DNA from: an uncultured delta proteobacterium
GTDB taxonomy: Bacteria > Desulfobacterota > Binatia > Binatales > Binataceae
Length of the DNA stretch: 64,000 nucleotides
Reading direction: 5' to 3'
Assembly: GCA_963793115.1 (NCBI GenBank)
Contig: CAWBYV010000008.1
Span: forward strand, 228,250 to 292,249
The notes under the pieces are model-generated. The model made no database searches. It was not told where the DNA came from and saw nothing but the letters and a program-made list of their open reading frames with translations. The translations under genes were made by a program, and so were the position numbers. Below, piece by piece: positions 1-10,148 of this stretch; position 1 is the stretch's first letter, and each line of letters begins with the position of its first letter.

Positions 1-14
1 TGAGATTCGATCTG

Positions 15-782
15 ATGGCGAAAGAACAGTTCAGCACCTACCTGGAGGAGGTCCAGTTTCAGCGCAGTGTGTGGGAGAGCAAACCTGTCCTTCGCGAGTT
101 GTACCGTAGGTGGTATGCGGACTGCGCCGCCTGCTTCTCACCATCGAGACCCGTATTGGAGGTGGGCGCCGGTTGCGGCAATTTCAAGCAGTTCTTCGGG
201 GACGAGATTGCGTCGGACGTCTTTCACAGCGGGGATTGGATCGATCTGGTGATGGACGCCCAGGACTTGAGCCTGAAGCCGGACACCATCGGCAACATGC
301 TGGCCTTCGACGTGTTGCATCACCTGCCGCGTCCGCTTGAATTTCTGCGGCGGGCGATGGCGGCGCTGAAGCCGGGAGGCCGGCTGGTGATGTGTGAGCC
401 TGCGGTGTCGCTTTGGTCGCGGTTCGTGTATGGGACTTTTCATCACGAACCGCTCGACTTGAGCTATGACGTGTTCCGCCTGGACGGCGTTCCCCGCGCG
501 ACAGATCCTGGGCGGACGTTTGCAAACATGGCGATCCCGGAATTGCTTTTCTTCAGAGGCCGCGACCGGACGCTCGAACTCCTGCGGTCCGCGCAAATGA
601 CGACCGCTCGCAAATTCGCGTTCATGCTTTACCCGCTAAGCGGTGGATACGGCTATCGATGTTTTATGCCACTGCGGGGCCTGCCCTTTCTGATGAAGGT
701 CGAAGATGCCATCACCCGAGTGCTGCCCGGTTCGCTGATCAGTCTGCGAATGCTCGTTGTGCTGGAGAAGAGAAACAACTGA
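15..782 (+). CDS. class I SAM-dependent methyltransferase
   Basis: 255-aa ORF. Glycine-rich SAM-binding motif LEVGAGCGNF followed by the acidic motif typical of the Rossmann-fold MTase family. Stop codon at 1-3 fixes the start at 15. Confidence 0.7.
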   Translation: MAKEQFSTYLEEVQFQRSVWESKPVLRELYRRWYADCAACFSPSRPVLEVGAGCGNFKQFFGDEIASDVFHSGDWIDLVMDAQDLSLKPDTIGNMLAFDVLHHLPRPLEFLRRAMAALKPGGRLVMCEPAVSLWSRFVYGTFHHEPLDLSYDVFRLDGVPRATDPGRTFANMAIPELLFFRGRDRTLELLRSAQMTTARKFAFMLYPLSGGYGYRCFMPLRGLPFLMKVEDAITRVLPGSLISLRMLVVLEKRNN

Positions 783-878
783 GCGCCGTTCGACGTGGGC
801 CGCGAGTGCCGGACTAGAAGCCGAAGCTTTCTGGCGCTTCGTCTTCCGATCGCGCGGCTCGCAACAGGCTGGAAACGA

Positions 879-1989
879 TCAAATGCCGGAATCACCGCGC
901 CGAGAGCCGACGAGCCCCGCCACCGTCGCGACCTGATCGTTCGTCAGTTCGGCGTATATCGGCAGCGACAGGACCTCAGCCGCCGCCTGCTCGGAAATCG
1001 GGAAGTCGCCTTGCCGGTAGCCGAGATCGGAATAGGCGGGCTGCAGGTGTACGGGGATCGGGTAGTGGATGGCGGTCTGGACGCCGGCCGCCTGCAAATG
1101 GTTCTGCAAATCGGCACGCCGCGCCGTGCGAATTGCGTAGACGTGGTAAACATGCCGGGCGTAAGGCAACTCGATCGGGACTCGCACGCCTGCCGGACTG
1201 AGCAGCCGTCGATAGAGCCTCGCCATGCCGCCGGCGCGCTTCGTTCCAGGCTTCAAGGCGGCGCAGCTTTACTCTCAGGATCGCGCCCTGCATCCCGTCC
1301 ATCCGATAGTTGTACCCCTTGAGCAGATGCTCGTATTTTTTTCCGCCGCCCCAGTCGCGGAGAATTCGAATCGTGCGGTCGTAGGCCGGGTTGCTGGTGA
1401 CTACCGCGCCGCCTTCACCGTAAGCGCCAAGATTCTTGGCGGGGTAGAAGCTGAAGCATCCCATGTCACCCAGCGATCCGGCACGCCGGCCCTTGTACGC
1501 GGCTCCGTGGGCCTGGGCCGCATCCTCGATAACCACCAAGCCTCGCCGCCGCGCGATCTCCAGGATCGGATCCATGTCGGCCGGCTGACCGTAGAGGTGG
1601 ACCGGGACAATGGCTTTGGTGTGCGGCGTGATAGCCGCTTCGATTCGGCTGGCGTCGATCGTGAACGAGACCGGTTCGATATCGACGAACACCGGTCGCG
1701 CGCCGGTATATATGATGGCCGCGACCGTCGCGACGAACGTGAACGGTACGGTAATCACTTCGTCTCCCGGGCCGACGCCTGCCGCCAGCAGCGCCAGATG
1801 CAGAGCACTGGTCCCGGAATTCAGCCCGATACCGCAGGCGGCGCCGCAATAGGCCGCGAATTCCGCTTCGAACGCCGCCACCTCGTCGCCCAAGATGAAC
1901 TGGCTGCTTTCCAGGACGTTCGAGATGGCGCGGTCGATCTCGTCCTTGATGCTATGGTACTGGGCCTTCAGGTCCGCCAGGGGAATCAT
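879..1989 (-). CDS. DegT/DnrJ/EryC1/StrS-family PLP-dependent sugar aminotransferase (apparent frameshift near 1230-1260)
   Basis: ORF 976..1989 carries the N-terminal and central aminotransferase motifs ([29 protein letters not shown]). ORF 879..1256 in another frame carries the conserved C-terminus ([29 protein letters not shown]). Together they make one roughly 370-aa gene split by a 1-nt indel. Confidence 0.75.
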
Positions 1990-2011
1990 GTCGCCGTCTC
2001 CGTCGCGCAGG

Positions 2012-3112
2012 CTACTTGATCGCGAGTGCGTTGGGTGGCGAGCCGACGCCGCCGGGAATGTTGAGCGGCGCCGAAGTCAGGAAGAACTCGTAGCGCTTGT
2101 CGGCGGCGCAATCGGCGGCAAGCTGCTCGAGGTTCCACATCTCGCCGATTGGCATCCCGAACAGCCCGAGCAGATGAAAATGCAGAAAATTCAGATCGTC
2201 TGGCGCCTTCGGCAACGCCTCCAGCGCGGGCGAATCGGAGGCGACCGCGGCCAGATGATTCTCCCAGAGCCATCGCGCGGTCCGCTCCGTGCCCTCGATT
2301 CCGGGAACCTTGGTCTCGCGCGCCAGCTCCTCCCTGATCTCGGTGCTTGCGCTCAGATAGAAGCGGGTCCATCCGATCCGGATCAGCAGAATATCCCCGG
2401 TGCGAAGCCGCGTTCTCTGTTCCGCGAGCGTAGCCTGAACATCCTCGAGCGGAATGATGCCTGGTTTGTTGAAATCGATGGTCTTGCCGTGGCGATCGTA
2501 ATGACCGGCCAGGTCGGCGAGCACGCCGCGTCCGGCGATACCACGGCGCGCGAGGTTGTCGATTCCCAGCCGCATGCCGCCGCGCGCCGCCATCTCGGAA
2601 TCCGCGATTCCGTTGTACGCCCCGGCCGGATGTTTCACATGGCATAGTGCGTCCCATTGCGACGACGCCTGCGGATAGAAGTTGTCGAGATAATCGTCGG
2701 CGGCTATCGCTTCGGCCCCGGGAAAGGGGAAAGCCTTGTGTACGTGGCGGCCGCGGCGGAACAGCGGCGGGTCGGGAATATTGATCGGAAGATTGAGCGC
2801 AAAGATTTTGCCGGTGCGGATGCTGGCTGCGGCCTGCCGCACGCGCGCCGGCGTCAGCAGGTTGATCGTCCCCAACTCGTCGTCGTCGCCGAACACGCCC
2901 CACGCCGCCCCCTTCGGCGCGCCCGGCCTGAGCGGAAGAGCGTCGTAGTTGGGCAGCTTGACCTGCGATTGAGCCGGCGATTGAGACCGTCCGGCCCCGG
3001 ACGCATGTCCCCTGCGCCCGGCGGCGGGCTTTGCAGCTAGGCGTTTCGGCCCGGATGTACGTGCGTTCAGCTTGACTGCAGACGCCTTCGGCTTGGCTGT
3101 TTTCCTGGCCAT
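2012..3112 (-). CDS. putative cyclase family protein (kynurenine-formamidase-like fold)
   Basis: 366-aa ORF. Core matches cyclase-family proteins ([29 protein letters not shown]). N-terminal roughly 45 aa are Lys/Arg-rich, so the true start is uncertain. Confidence 0.55.
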   Translation of the reverse strand: MARKTAKPKASAVKLNARTSGPKRLAAKPAAGRRGHASGAGRSQSPAQSQVKLPNYDALPLRPGAPKGAAWGVFGDDDELGTINLLTPARVRQAAASIRTGKIFALNLPINIPDPPLFRRGRHVHKAFPFPGAEAIAADDYLDNFYPQASSQWDALCHVKHPAGAYNGIADSEMAARGGMRLGIDNLARRGIAGRGVLADLAGHYDRHGKTIDFNKPGIIPLEDVQATLAEQRTRLRTGDILLIRIGWTRFYLSASTEIREELARETKVPGIEGTERTARWLWENHLAAVASDSPALEALPKAPDDLNFLHFHLLGLFGMPIGEMWNLEQLAADCAADKRYEFFLTSAPLNIPGGVGSPPNALAIK

Positions 3113-3231
3113 GTTGTCTCCGCGAGGCCGCGTTTGCGGTTGGCGGTGCTCGCGCCACTCTCATAGCAGGTCGCGCGCGAATCGGGAAAGGCGCGGGCCT
3201 TGGCCCTCTTCGCAGAACCGCCTCCCTCGCC

Positions 3232-3263
3232 AATCGCGGGTGGTGTCCTGATTTGAAATCAGA
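3232..3263. promoter_or_regulatory. 32-nt nested palindrome (GGTGTCCTGATTTGAAATCAGAATAGGACACC) in the divergent cyclase/rpsF intergenic region; candidate operator
   Basis: Perfect 8-bp outer arms GGTGTCCT/AGGACACC with inner palindrome CTGATTT-G-AAATCAG. AT-richer than surroundings. No T-run follows, so not a terminator. Confidence 0.35.
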
Positions 3264-3503
3264 ATAGGACACCTGTCTGCCATGCTGTCATTCCCGCGCG
3301 TCTGCATTGTCTGGCGCGCGAGGAATCCCGGCTCCGGGACCCTTCGCGCGGCATCGCCCCCGGCGGATGCCACGCGCGAGGGTGACAGAATTAGGACCCT
3401 ACGCAATCGCGCCGGGACCCTTGAGACGCGCGCGGCGTCATGTTATTTTGGCACGTTACTCCTTGCTCCTACGGGGGCTTTATCCATAAGGAGGTCCGCG
3501 GAT

Positions 3504-3992
3504 TTGCGGCGTTACGAGACTGTTTTTATCCTTCGTCCTGACTTGGGCGAGATCCAGGTCAAGGAAACGATCAAGCGTTTTGAAGGTATCGTCACCGCCG
3601 GCGGCGGCGAGTTGATCGAGACCGAGGAATGGGGAGCGCGCGAACTCGCCTACCGAATCGGCACCGAGCGGCGCGGCTACTACGTGCGGCTCGACTACAC
3701 CGCCCCGACCGCCGTAGTCAGCGAAGTCGAACGAAACCTGAAACTGTCTGACGGCGTTTTGCGCTACCTGTCCGTGATGCTCGAACAGGAGGCCGACGCG
3801 GCCACGGTTCGCGCGGAGGTCGAGGCGCGCAAACACCGGGCCGAGCAGGCGAGGGCCGCGGCCGAGAGCAGGGCTGCCGCCGCCGCTGAGCATGTTCCCG
3901 ACTTGGCGGACGTTCCCGACGCGCCCGAAGAGTTGCTGTCGCCGCCGGACGAGGGGCCCTCAGAGCCTTCCAACGGTGAGCAACAGGATTGA
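3504..3992 (+). CDS. rpsF: 30S ribosomal protein S6
   Basis: TTG start preceded by AAGGAGG at 3488-3494. N-terminus LRRYETVFILRPDL and the internal sequence are canonical S6. Acidic C-terminal tail. The upstream part of ORF 3282..3992 is non-coding. Confidence 0.9.
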   Translation: MRRYETVFILRPDLGEIQVKETIKRFEGIVTAGGGELIETEEWGARELAYRIGTERRGYYVRLDYTAPTAVVSEVERNLKLSDGVLRYLSVMLEQEADAATVRAEVEARKHRAEQARAAAESRAAAAAEHVPDLADVPDAPEELLSPPDEGPSEPSNGEQQD

Positions 3993-4299
3993 GTTATGCG
4001 GCCGAGTGCTGAATCAGCCCGAGCTTCGAACCGCGCCCGGCGGCATGGCTCTGTTGCGCTTCGCCGTGGAATGCGGCGCCGAGGCCGAGGAGCTTCGGCT
4101 TGAGGTCGTGATGATCGGAGAACAGGCGCGGGATGCGGCTCGCGGGCTTCGGGCCGGGCAGGAGATTAAGATCGCGGGCCGGCTTCGACCGGTCGCGCGC
4201 ACAATCGGAGCGGGCGACCAGCATACGCGCGGAGCGGGCGGCCTGCGTACGCGGCAGATCGAGGTTCTGGCGAACGAAATCAAGCCGGCGGGAGACTGA
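3976..4299 (+). CDS. priB: primosomal replication protein N (PriB)/SSB-like OB-fold protein
   Basis: GTG at 3976 gives [32 protein letters not shown].., matching the PriB N-terminus pattern (NRLVLSGTV..). It overlaps the rpsF 3' end by 17 nt. Position between rpsF and rpsR is as in beta/gamma-proteobacteria. Confidence 0.55.
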   Translation: MSNRIELCGRVLNQPELRTAPGGMALLRFAVECGAEAEELRLEVVMIGEQARDAARGLRAGQEIKIAGRLRPVARTIGAGDQHTRGAGGLRTRQIEVLANEIKPAGD

Positions 4300-4343
4300 T
4301 CCGGCCCGGCATATCGCGGTCACAGGTTCGTGACGACAGGTTT

Positions 4344-4667
4344 GTGATGGCAGAAAACGAGTCACAGCAGTTCCAGGAGCATCAAAGGCCCTCGCGCGGC
4401 GGCGGCGAGGGACGTCCCGGCGATCGCGGTGGCCCACGAAGGCGCCCGGGCAGCGGCCGGCGCAAGGTATGCCGCTTCTGCGCCGACAAAACTCTCAAGG
4501 TCGATTACAAGGATGTCCGCACGCTCCAGACCTTTATCACTGAGGGCGCCAAGATCGTGCCCAGCCGCACCTCGGGGAACTGCGCGCGACATCAGCGCCA
4601 GCTCGCGGTGGCGATCAAGCGAGCCCGGATTATCGCCTTGCTGCCGTTCTCGACGCTCGGCGTGTAG
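4344..4667 (+). CDS. rpsR: 30S ribosomal protein S18
   Basis: 107-aa ORF with conserved S18 core ([60 protein letters not shown]). Confidence 0.9.
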   Translation: MMAENESQQFQEHQRPSRGGGEGRPGDRGGPRRRPGSGRRKVCRFCADKTLKVDYKDVRTLQTFITEGAKIVPSRTSGNCARHQRQLAVAIKRARIIALLPFSTLGV

Positions 4668-4743
4668 CGCGCGATCGATGCGACTGAATCGACGCGATTG
4701 AAATGACGGGAGTGGGTCTGAACTAGATGGGTCAGAGCTGTCC

Positions 4744-5714
4744 GTGTGGAGACCGTCGGTGACTCTCAAGGCGGTAATCGGACTGATTCGCGCCTCGGCG
4801 TTGTCTGCCGCGCTCTTCCTGGCCGGCGGGGCGATTCCGTTCGCCGGAGCGTTCCTGCTGCTGCTCACGCCCGCGCCGATAATCGGCCATGCGGTCGGAC
4901 GTCCGGGCGCGGTGTGGCGCACGATGGCGGCCGTCGTGCTGACCGCGACCGTGGTGGGGCTGGCGGCTGGTCCGTTCGCCCTGATCACCTACACGGTATC
5001 GTTCGGGTTGGCGACCGCGATCATCTGTTACATGCTGGAGCGACAGATGCGCTTCGAGGCGATTGTCGCCGTCACGACCGGGGCGGTGCTGGCCGCCGGG
5101 TCGATCATGCTGGTGATAGCGGCCGGATCGCCGGCCGCGCTGGTCGCCACGTTCCGCGACGGTTTGTCGGCGGCGCTGGCGCGCACTGACGAAATCTACA
5201 AACTGATGGGAATCAGCCCCGGAACCGAGCTGGATTCGCGCGCCAAACTGACTGGCATGATCGTCCAACTGGGCCGGCCCTTGCCGGGATCACGGCGGCG
5301 TCCACGGTGCTGATCAATCTGGCGGTCTTCTGGCGATGGGTCGGCAAGAAGCGGCTGTCGTACAAGCTGTTCGGCGATCTGGCCCGATGGTCAACGCCGG
5401 AGTGGCTAATCTGGGTGCTGATTGCGGCCGGGTTCGCGCTGTTCGTTCCGGCCGAGCAGGCGCGCACGGCCGCGTTGGACGTGTTCATCGGTGTCGCGAC
5501 GATTTACTTCTGCCAGGGCTTGGCGGTGATGGCCTTCTATCTCAAAATGCTGTCCACACCGGCGCCGTGGCGTGGCGTAATCTACTTCATCGCCGGCGTT
5601 CAGCCGGTGCTGGCGGCGCTGGTTTCGGCGGTCGGGGTGTTCGACCTGTGGATCGACTTTCGCCGCCTGAGGCCGACCAGCCCGCAAGCCGATAGCTTCA
5701 GCGATTTGACGTAG
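4744..5714 (+). CDS. DUF2232 (YybS-like) polytopic membrane protein (frame break near 5265-5275)
   Basis: Two adjacent ORFs (4744..5313 and 5307..5714), both entirely hydrophobic multi-TM. Reading across a GGGCCGGCCC run joins them (..TGMIVQLG / PALAGITAASTVLINLAVFW..). The same rpsR-DUF2232-rplI placement occurs in other bacteria. Confidence 0.55.
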
Positions 5715-5739
5715 GCGCCTGGCGAGAGAGGATCGAATC

Positions 5740-6189
5740 ATGAACGTGCAGCTTATACTGCGAGAGGCAGTCCCGAACCTGGGACGGATCGGTGACGTGG
5801 TCAAGGTGCGGGCCGGCTTCGCCCGCAACTACCTGCTGCCGCGCAAGCTGGCGGTCGAAGCCAACCCCAGGAATCTGCGCGAGTTCGAGCATCAGAAGCG
5901 TCAGGCGATGGCGCGCGGCGAGACCAGGAAAGGCCTCTCGATGGCTCTCAAGGCGCGAATCGAGGCGATCGCCCTGGTGATCACGGCGCGCGCCGGCGAA
6001 GAGGGCAAGCTGTTCGGTTCGGTCACCAATCTCGACATCGAACGCGAGCTGCGCCAGAAGGGCGTCGATGTCGAGCGGCGCAAAATCCACCTCACCGAGC
6101 CGATCAAACAGCTCGGCGAATTCACCGTCACGGTCAAGCTCGACCCTGAAGTGGAGGCGAGCATCAAGCTCAACGTTGTGGCGGAATAA
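5740..6189 (+). CDS. rplI: 50S ribosomal protein L9
   Basis: 149 aa. N-terminus MNVQLILREAVPNLGRIGDVVKVRAGFARNYLLPRKLAV is canonical L9. Confidence 0.9.
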   Translation: MNVQLILREAVPNLGRIGDVVKVRAGFARNYLLPRKLAVEANPRNLREFEHQKRQAMARGETRKGLSMALKARIEAIALVITARAGEEGKLFGSVTNLDIERELRQKGVDVERRKIHLTEPIKQLGEFTVTVKLDPEVEASIKLNVVAE

Positions 6190-6197
6190 GGCGGTCC

Positions 6198-6836
6198 ATG
6201 ATCAAGCTCTACGACTTCCTCCCGTGTCCCTTCGGCCAAAAAGTCCGGATCGTATTGGCGGAAAAAAGCCTCACTTACGACCTGATCGAGGTCAACCTGC
6301 TCAAGGGTGAGCAACGCAGGCCCGAGTTCCTGCGCCTCAACCCGTTCGGCAAGGTCCCCGTACTGATCGACGAGGACACCACGATCTACGAGTTGACGAT
6401 AATCAACGAGTATCTCGACGACGAGTATCCCGACCCGCCGCTTTTGCCGGCGGTGGGGGCGAGCAGCCTGCGCGCGCGCGCGCGGCTGTTCGAAGAGCTC
6501 GCCGACAGCTCCTTTACGCCGCAGGTCGGCCAGTTGATGGCGGAACTAGCCAAGCCGGAGAGCGAGCGCGACCCCACCCGCGTCCAGCGCTTCCGGCAGG
6601 CGGTCGAGCGCCTGCTCGACTACCTCAATCACGAGCTCGACGCGAGACAGTTCCTGGCCACCGAGTTTTCGGTAGCCGATATCGGCTTCGCGCCGCGCCT
6701 GGCGGTGCTCTCACGTCTGGGAATCGAGGCGGGAAGCGGGCGACCCAACGTTGACGGATGGATCAGGCGGCTGCTCGAACGGCCCAGTATCCAGAGCCTC
6801 CAGGGAGTCTCGGTCGATCCGGTCCTGGGAGCGTAA
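6198..6836 (+). CDS. glutathione S-transferase family protein
   Basis: 212 aa. N-terminal thioredoxin-like GST motif (KLYDFLPCPFGQKVRIVLAEK.., LNPFGKVPVL) and a C-terminal alpha-helical domain. Confidence 0.8.
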   Translation: MIKLYDFLPCPFGQKVRIVLAEKSLTYDLIEVNLLKGEQRRPEFLRLNPFGKVPVLIDEDTTIYELTIINEYLDDEYPDPPLLPAVGASSLRARARLFEELADSSFTPQVGQLMAELAKPESERDPTRVQRFRQAVERLLDYLNHELDARQFLATEFSVADIGFAPRLAVLSRLGIEAGSGRPNVDGWIRRLLERPSIQSLQGVSVDPVLGA

Positions 6837-6887
6837 CGCCCGGTCGAGCGCCGCAAGCACAGGGCGGAGTATTCGTTGGCGCGAGAC

Positions 6888-6926
6888 AAAGCGCCACCCG
6901 GGCACTCCCGAATGGCGCTTTTTTCT
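6888..6926 (+). terminator. rho-independent terminator downstream of the rplI/GST operon
   Basis: Hairpin AAAGCGCCA..(loop)..TGGCGCTTT followed by TTTTTCTT. Confidence 0.5.
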
Positions 6927-6998
6927 TATCGGCCGGGTCTATGGATTACGGGATACGGCAGCGCCTGCCATGCGTAAACCGGGGCTTGCGGTACCGGC

Positions 6999-7316
6999 TC
7001 AGTAGCTGGAACTCGCCATCTCGGAAAGCGAATCCTCTTCGTCGCTGTGAGACGGAGCCGCGATGTTGGCGGCTTTGAAGTTCAGTTTCGCCGCGAACAG
7101 CTTGTCACCCAGTCTGCCAGAAGGCTTCAGCATGCCGCCATGCCGTTTACATCGCGGACATTCGAGCGTACCGCCCAGCAGTCCAGCGTTCTTAGGCGTG
7201 ATTCTCAGGTCGAAACTGAAACCGCAGCCAGGGTTCTGGCAAATCGTCCTGTAGACCACCCCCGGAACGTCGTCGGTCCGGATATCCTGTGTGCTTGCAA
7301 CTGATTGCATATTCAT
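6999..7316 (-). CDS. FmdB-like Cys4 zinc-ribbon protein with acidic C-terminal tail
   Basis: 105 aa. YRTICQNPGCGF..(16 aa)..LECPRCKRHGG matches the zinc-ribbon regulatory-protein pattern. GGAGGAG RBS directly upstream of the ATG. Serine/acidic tail SHSDEEDSLSEMASSSY. Confidence 0.45.
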   Translation of the reverse strand: MNMQSVASTQDIRTDDVPGVVYRTICQNPGCGFSFDLRITPKNAGLLGGTLECPRCKRHGGMLKPSGRLGDKLFAAKLNFKAANIAAPSHSDEEDSLSEMASSSY

Positions 7317-7760
7317 CTCCTCCCTTCCCTGAGAGGCCTCGCCGGGAGCCCACTCTCTCTCCTCAGCAGTTTTAGACGTAAAACACTGATGAACGTTTCA
7401 AGCAAGGCCCATGCCTCGGCCCTGGAACCGTACGACCTTCAAAAAAACACCGGAAATCAAGGCTGTTGCCGTGATCCAACCGGTTTGACCGATTCGGAGA
7501 GGCAGGTGCATATCCCGAATTCCAGTGACTGATTTGAAACAGGCGGGTGGGATAACTGCCCCTAATCCGCCATTCAGTCGCCCGCTGTTCGCCTTCGGGA
7601 TGGCTGCCACGGCCGGCTTCAGACCAGATCGAGCGCGACTCCGGCGCCGGTTCGTTCGCAAAATAGACAAATAAAGCGCGGCGAGGCTTCCCCGCTTGGA
7701 ACGGCGCTTTTATACTGCCGGATGGGTATCTACGATGGCGAAAGGTTTTAGCGGGTTGCG

Positions 7761-9008
7761 ATGAGAACGCTCGCGTTCATAATGGCGGGCGGGCAGGGCG
7801 TCCGTCTACATCCGCTGACCAGGGAACGCGCCAAGCCGGCAGTCCCGTTCGGCGGCAAGTACCGGATCATCGACTTCGTTCTATCCAACCTGGTGAACTC
7901 GGGGATTTACTCCATCTACGTGCTCGTGCAGTGGCGATCGCAGTCGCTGATCGAACATCTGAAGGACGGATGGCAGTTCGGTGGGATGCTGCCGGGGCAT
8001 TTCATAACCCCGGTGCCCGCGCAGATGCGGATGGGCGAGAGCTGGTATCAGGGCACTGCCGACGCGATCTTCCAGAACCTGAATCTGTTGGAGGATAGCA
8101 AACCCGATATCGTGGCGGTATTCAGCGCCGACCATATCTATCGGATGGACGTGCAGCAGATGCTCGATTTCCATCTCGAGCGCAAGGCCGCGGTCACACT
8201 CGCCGCGTTGCCGGTAGATATCGAGCAGAGCAGCGAGTTCGGCGTGATTGACGTCAACTCAGGGCTCAGGATCGTCGGCTTCGAGGAGAAGCCGCAAAGT
8301 CCGCACTCGATGCCGGGGGCGCCGGGCAAGTGTCTGGCCTCGATGGGAAACTACCTCTTCGACCCGCAGGTGCTGAGGGCGGCGCTGATCGAGGACGCGC
8401 AGGAGGTCAACAGCCAGCACGACTTCGGCCACAATCTCATTCCGGGCCTCATCGACCGCGTTCCGGTCTATGCGTACAACTTCATGACCAACCACATCCG
8501 CGGCGACCTGGAGGAGAACCTCAGCTACTGGCGCAACGTCGGTACGCTGGAGTCGTACTTCGACGCCAACATGGATCTGCGCGACGCGCGGCCCCATCTC
8601 AACCTGTACAATCCGAATTGGCCGCTGCGGACCGCTTACTACGGTCAGCCGCCCGCCAAGTTCGTGTTTGCCGAAGACGGGCGGCGCGGACTGGCGCTGC
8701 ATTCGACGATCTCCGAAGGATGCATCATCTCGGGCGGCGCGGTGCGCAATTCGATCCTGGGACGCTCGGTCTTCGTGCATTCGTACAGCGAGGTCAACGA
8801 TTCGGTAATCATGGATTACGTGGAGATCGGGCGGCACGCGCGCGTGCGCCGGGCGATCATCGACAAGAACGTCTGTATCCCGGAGGGCGATGAGATCGGC
8901 TACGACCTCGAACGCGACCGCAAGCGCTTTTTCGTTACCGCCTCGGGCCTGGTGGTGATTCCCAAGGCTCCCAAGCGCGACCGCCTCGCCGACATCGCGC
9001 TGCCGTAG
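7761..9008 (+). CDS. glgC: glucose-1-phosphate adenylyltransferase
   Basis: 415 aa. N-terminus LAFIMAGGQGVRLHPLTRERAKPAVPFGGKYRIIDFVLSN and a C-terminal left-handed beta-helix region, typical of ADP-glucose pyrophosphorylase. Confidence 0.9.
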   Translation: MRTLAFIMAGGQGVRLHPLTRERAKPAVPFGGKYRIIDFVLSNLVNSGIYSIYVLVQWRSQSLIEHLKDGWQFGGMLPGHFITPVPAQMRMGESWYQGTADAIFQNLNLLEDSKPDIVAVFSADHIYRMDVQQMLDFHLERKAAVTLAALPVDIEQSSEFGVIDVNSGLRIVGFEEKPQSPHSMPGAPGKCLASMGNYLFDPQVLRAALIEDAQEVNSQHDFGHNLIPGLIDRVPVYAYNFMTNHIRGDLEENLSYWRNVGTLESYFDANMDLRDARPHLNLYNPNWPLRTAYYGQPPAKFVFAEDGRRGLALHSTISEGCIISGGAVRNSILGRSVFVHSYSEVNDSVIMDYVEIGRHARVRRAIIDKNVCIPEGDEIGYDLERDRKRFFVTASGLVVIPKAPKRDRLADIALP

Positions 9009-9027
9009 GGTTAGGCTCACGTCGCGC

Positions 9028-10128
9028 GTGATCGGATTGAAAGCAGATCAACATTTGGCCGCAGGACCCTCACCCGCACGCGCTCCCATCGGCGATATCC
9101 GGGAAAGCTCGGACCCCGCCGGCGATCGAGCTGGCAAGCATCAGTCGGCCGCGCGCAGGCCGTTAGTGCTCGGTCCGGGCAGCCGCGCGCTGTATTACCT
9201 GATGGTCGCGATGTTGCACGCGCTCAGCCTCATTCCCGACTTCATCCTCTATCCGATCGGAGTCGCGGGCGGATTCATCGCCTATCTGCTCGATCGGCGG
9301 CACGTGAAGATCGGGCTCAAGAACCTTTCATTCGCGTTTCCCGACCGCACCCTCGACGCTCGAAAGCGAATCCTGCGCGCCTCGTATATCAATCTCGGCC
9401 GCGCCGGAGCCGAATACATCCGGTTGGGCGGCTTTTTCTACCGCAGACTTAGGAGGCGCGTGGACTACGACCGCCTCGAATACTTTCACGAGCTGCAAGC
9501 CCGCTATCCGAATCGCGGCATTCTCGTCCTGAGCGCCCATTTCGGGAACTTTGAGCTGCTGGCGGCGGCGCACGCGATGCACGGTTACCCGATCAGCCTC
9601 GTGCATCATACCCAGAGCTTTCTCGCGGGCGACGCGCTCACGACGTTCGTGCGCCATCGCGCCGGCGTTGACACCCTCCGCAAGCATTCGGCCGCGCGTG
9701 CCGTGCTCCGCGTGCTCAGAGACGGCGGCCTGGTCGGGATTCCGTTCGATCAGAACGCCAAGCGTAGCGAGGCGCTGTTCCTGCCGTTCTTCGGCGAGCC
9801 CGCCGCGACCACCAGCGGTCTGGCGCGAATCGCGATGATCTCGGGCGCGGCGGTTGTGTCGGCGTTCATCGTTCGCCAGCCCGATAATCGGAGCCATCGA
9901 ATCATGATCCACGATGAAATTCCCCTGCAACGGAGCGGCGAACCGGAGCGGGATATCGAGGAGAACACCCGCCGGTTCCTCAACGCGGTCGAGGACACCG
10001 TGCGCCGCTATCCCGAGCAGTTCCTGTGGACGCACCGGCGCTACAAGACCCGCCCGCGCGGGATGGAGCCGGTCTACGACGACACTCCGCGCCATCGCCA
10101 TCGCGACGCCGCGAAATCGCGCACCTGA
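9028..10128 (+). CDS. lipid A biosynthesis lauroyl/myristoyl acyltransferase family protein (LpxL/HtrB-like)
   Basis: N-terminal TM helix, then the LPLAT core (ILVLSAHFGNFELL, GIPFDQNAKRSEALFLPFFGEPAATTSGLARIA, YPEQFLWTHRRYKTRP). The true start is probably the internal ATG near 9202. Confidence 0.75.
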   Translation: MIGLKADQHLAAGPSPARAPIGDIRESSDPAGDRAGKHQSAARRPLVLGPGSRALYYLMVAMLHALSLIPDFILYPIGVAGGFIAYLLDRRHVKIGLKNLSFAFPDRTLDARKRILRASYINLGRAGAEYIRLGGFFYRRLRRRVDYDRLEYFHELQARYPNRGILVLSAHFGNFELLAAAHAMHGYPISLVHHTQSFLAGDALTTFVRHRAGVDTLRKHSAARAVLRVLRDGGLVGIPFDQNAKRSEALFLPFFGEPAATTSGLARIAMISGAAVVSAFIVRQPDNRSHRIMIHDEIPLQRSGEPERDIEENTRRFLNAVEDTVRRYPEQFLWTHRRYKTRPRGMEPVYDDTPRHRHRDAAKSRT

Positions 10129-10148
10129 CGGCGTGCGTCAACTCGATC

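Noticed and set aside
1986-3272. 428-aa minus-strand ORF rich in Arg/Ala/Gly overlapping the cyclase gene
   Set aside because: Same strand, alternate frame of the well-supported cyclase-family ORF 2012..3112. Low-complexity Arg-rich translation is typical of out-of-frame reading in high-GC DNA.
3440-3500. Sigma-54 promoter (TGGCAC..TTGC) upstream of rpsF
   Set aside because: TGGCAC is present but the TTGC element is 8 nt away, not the required 5, and ribosomal protein operons are sigma-70 dependent. Not supported.
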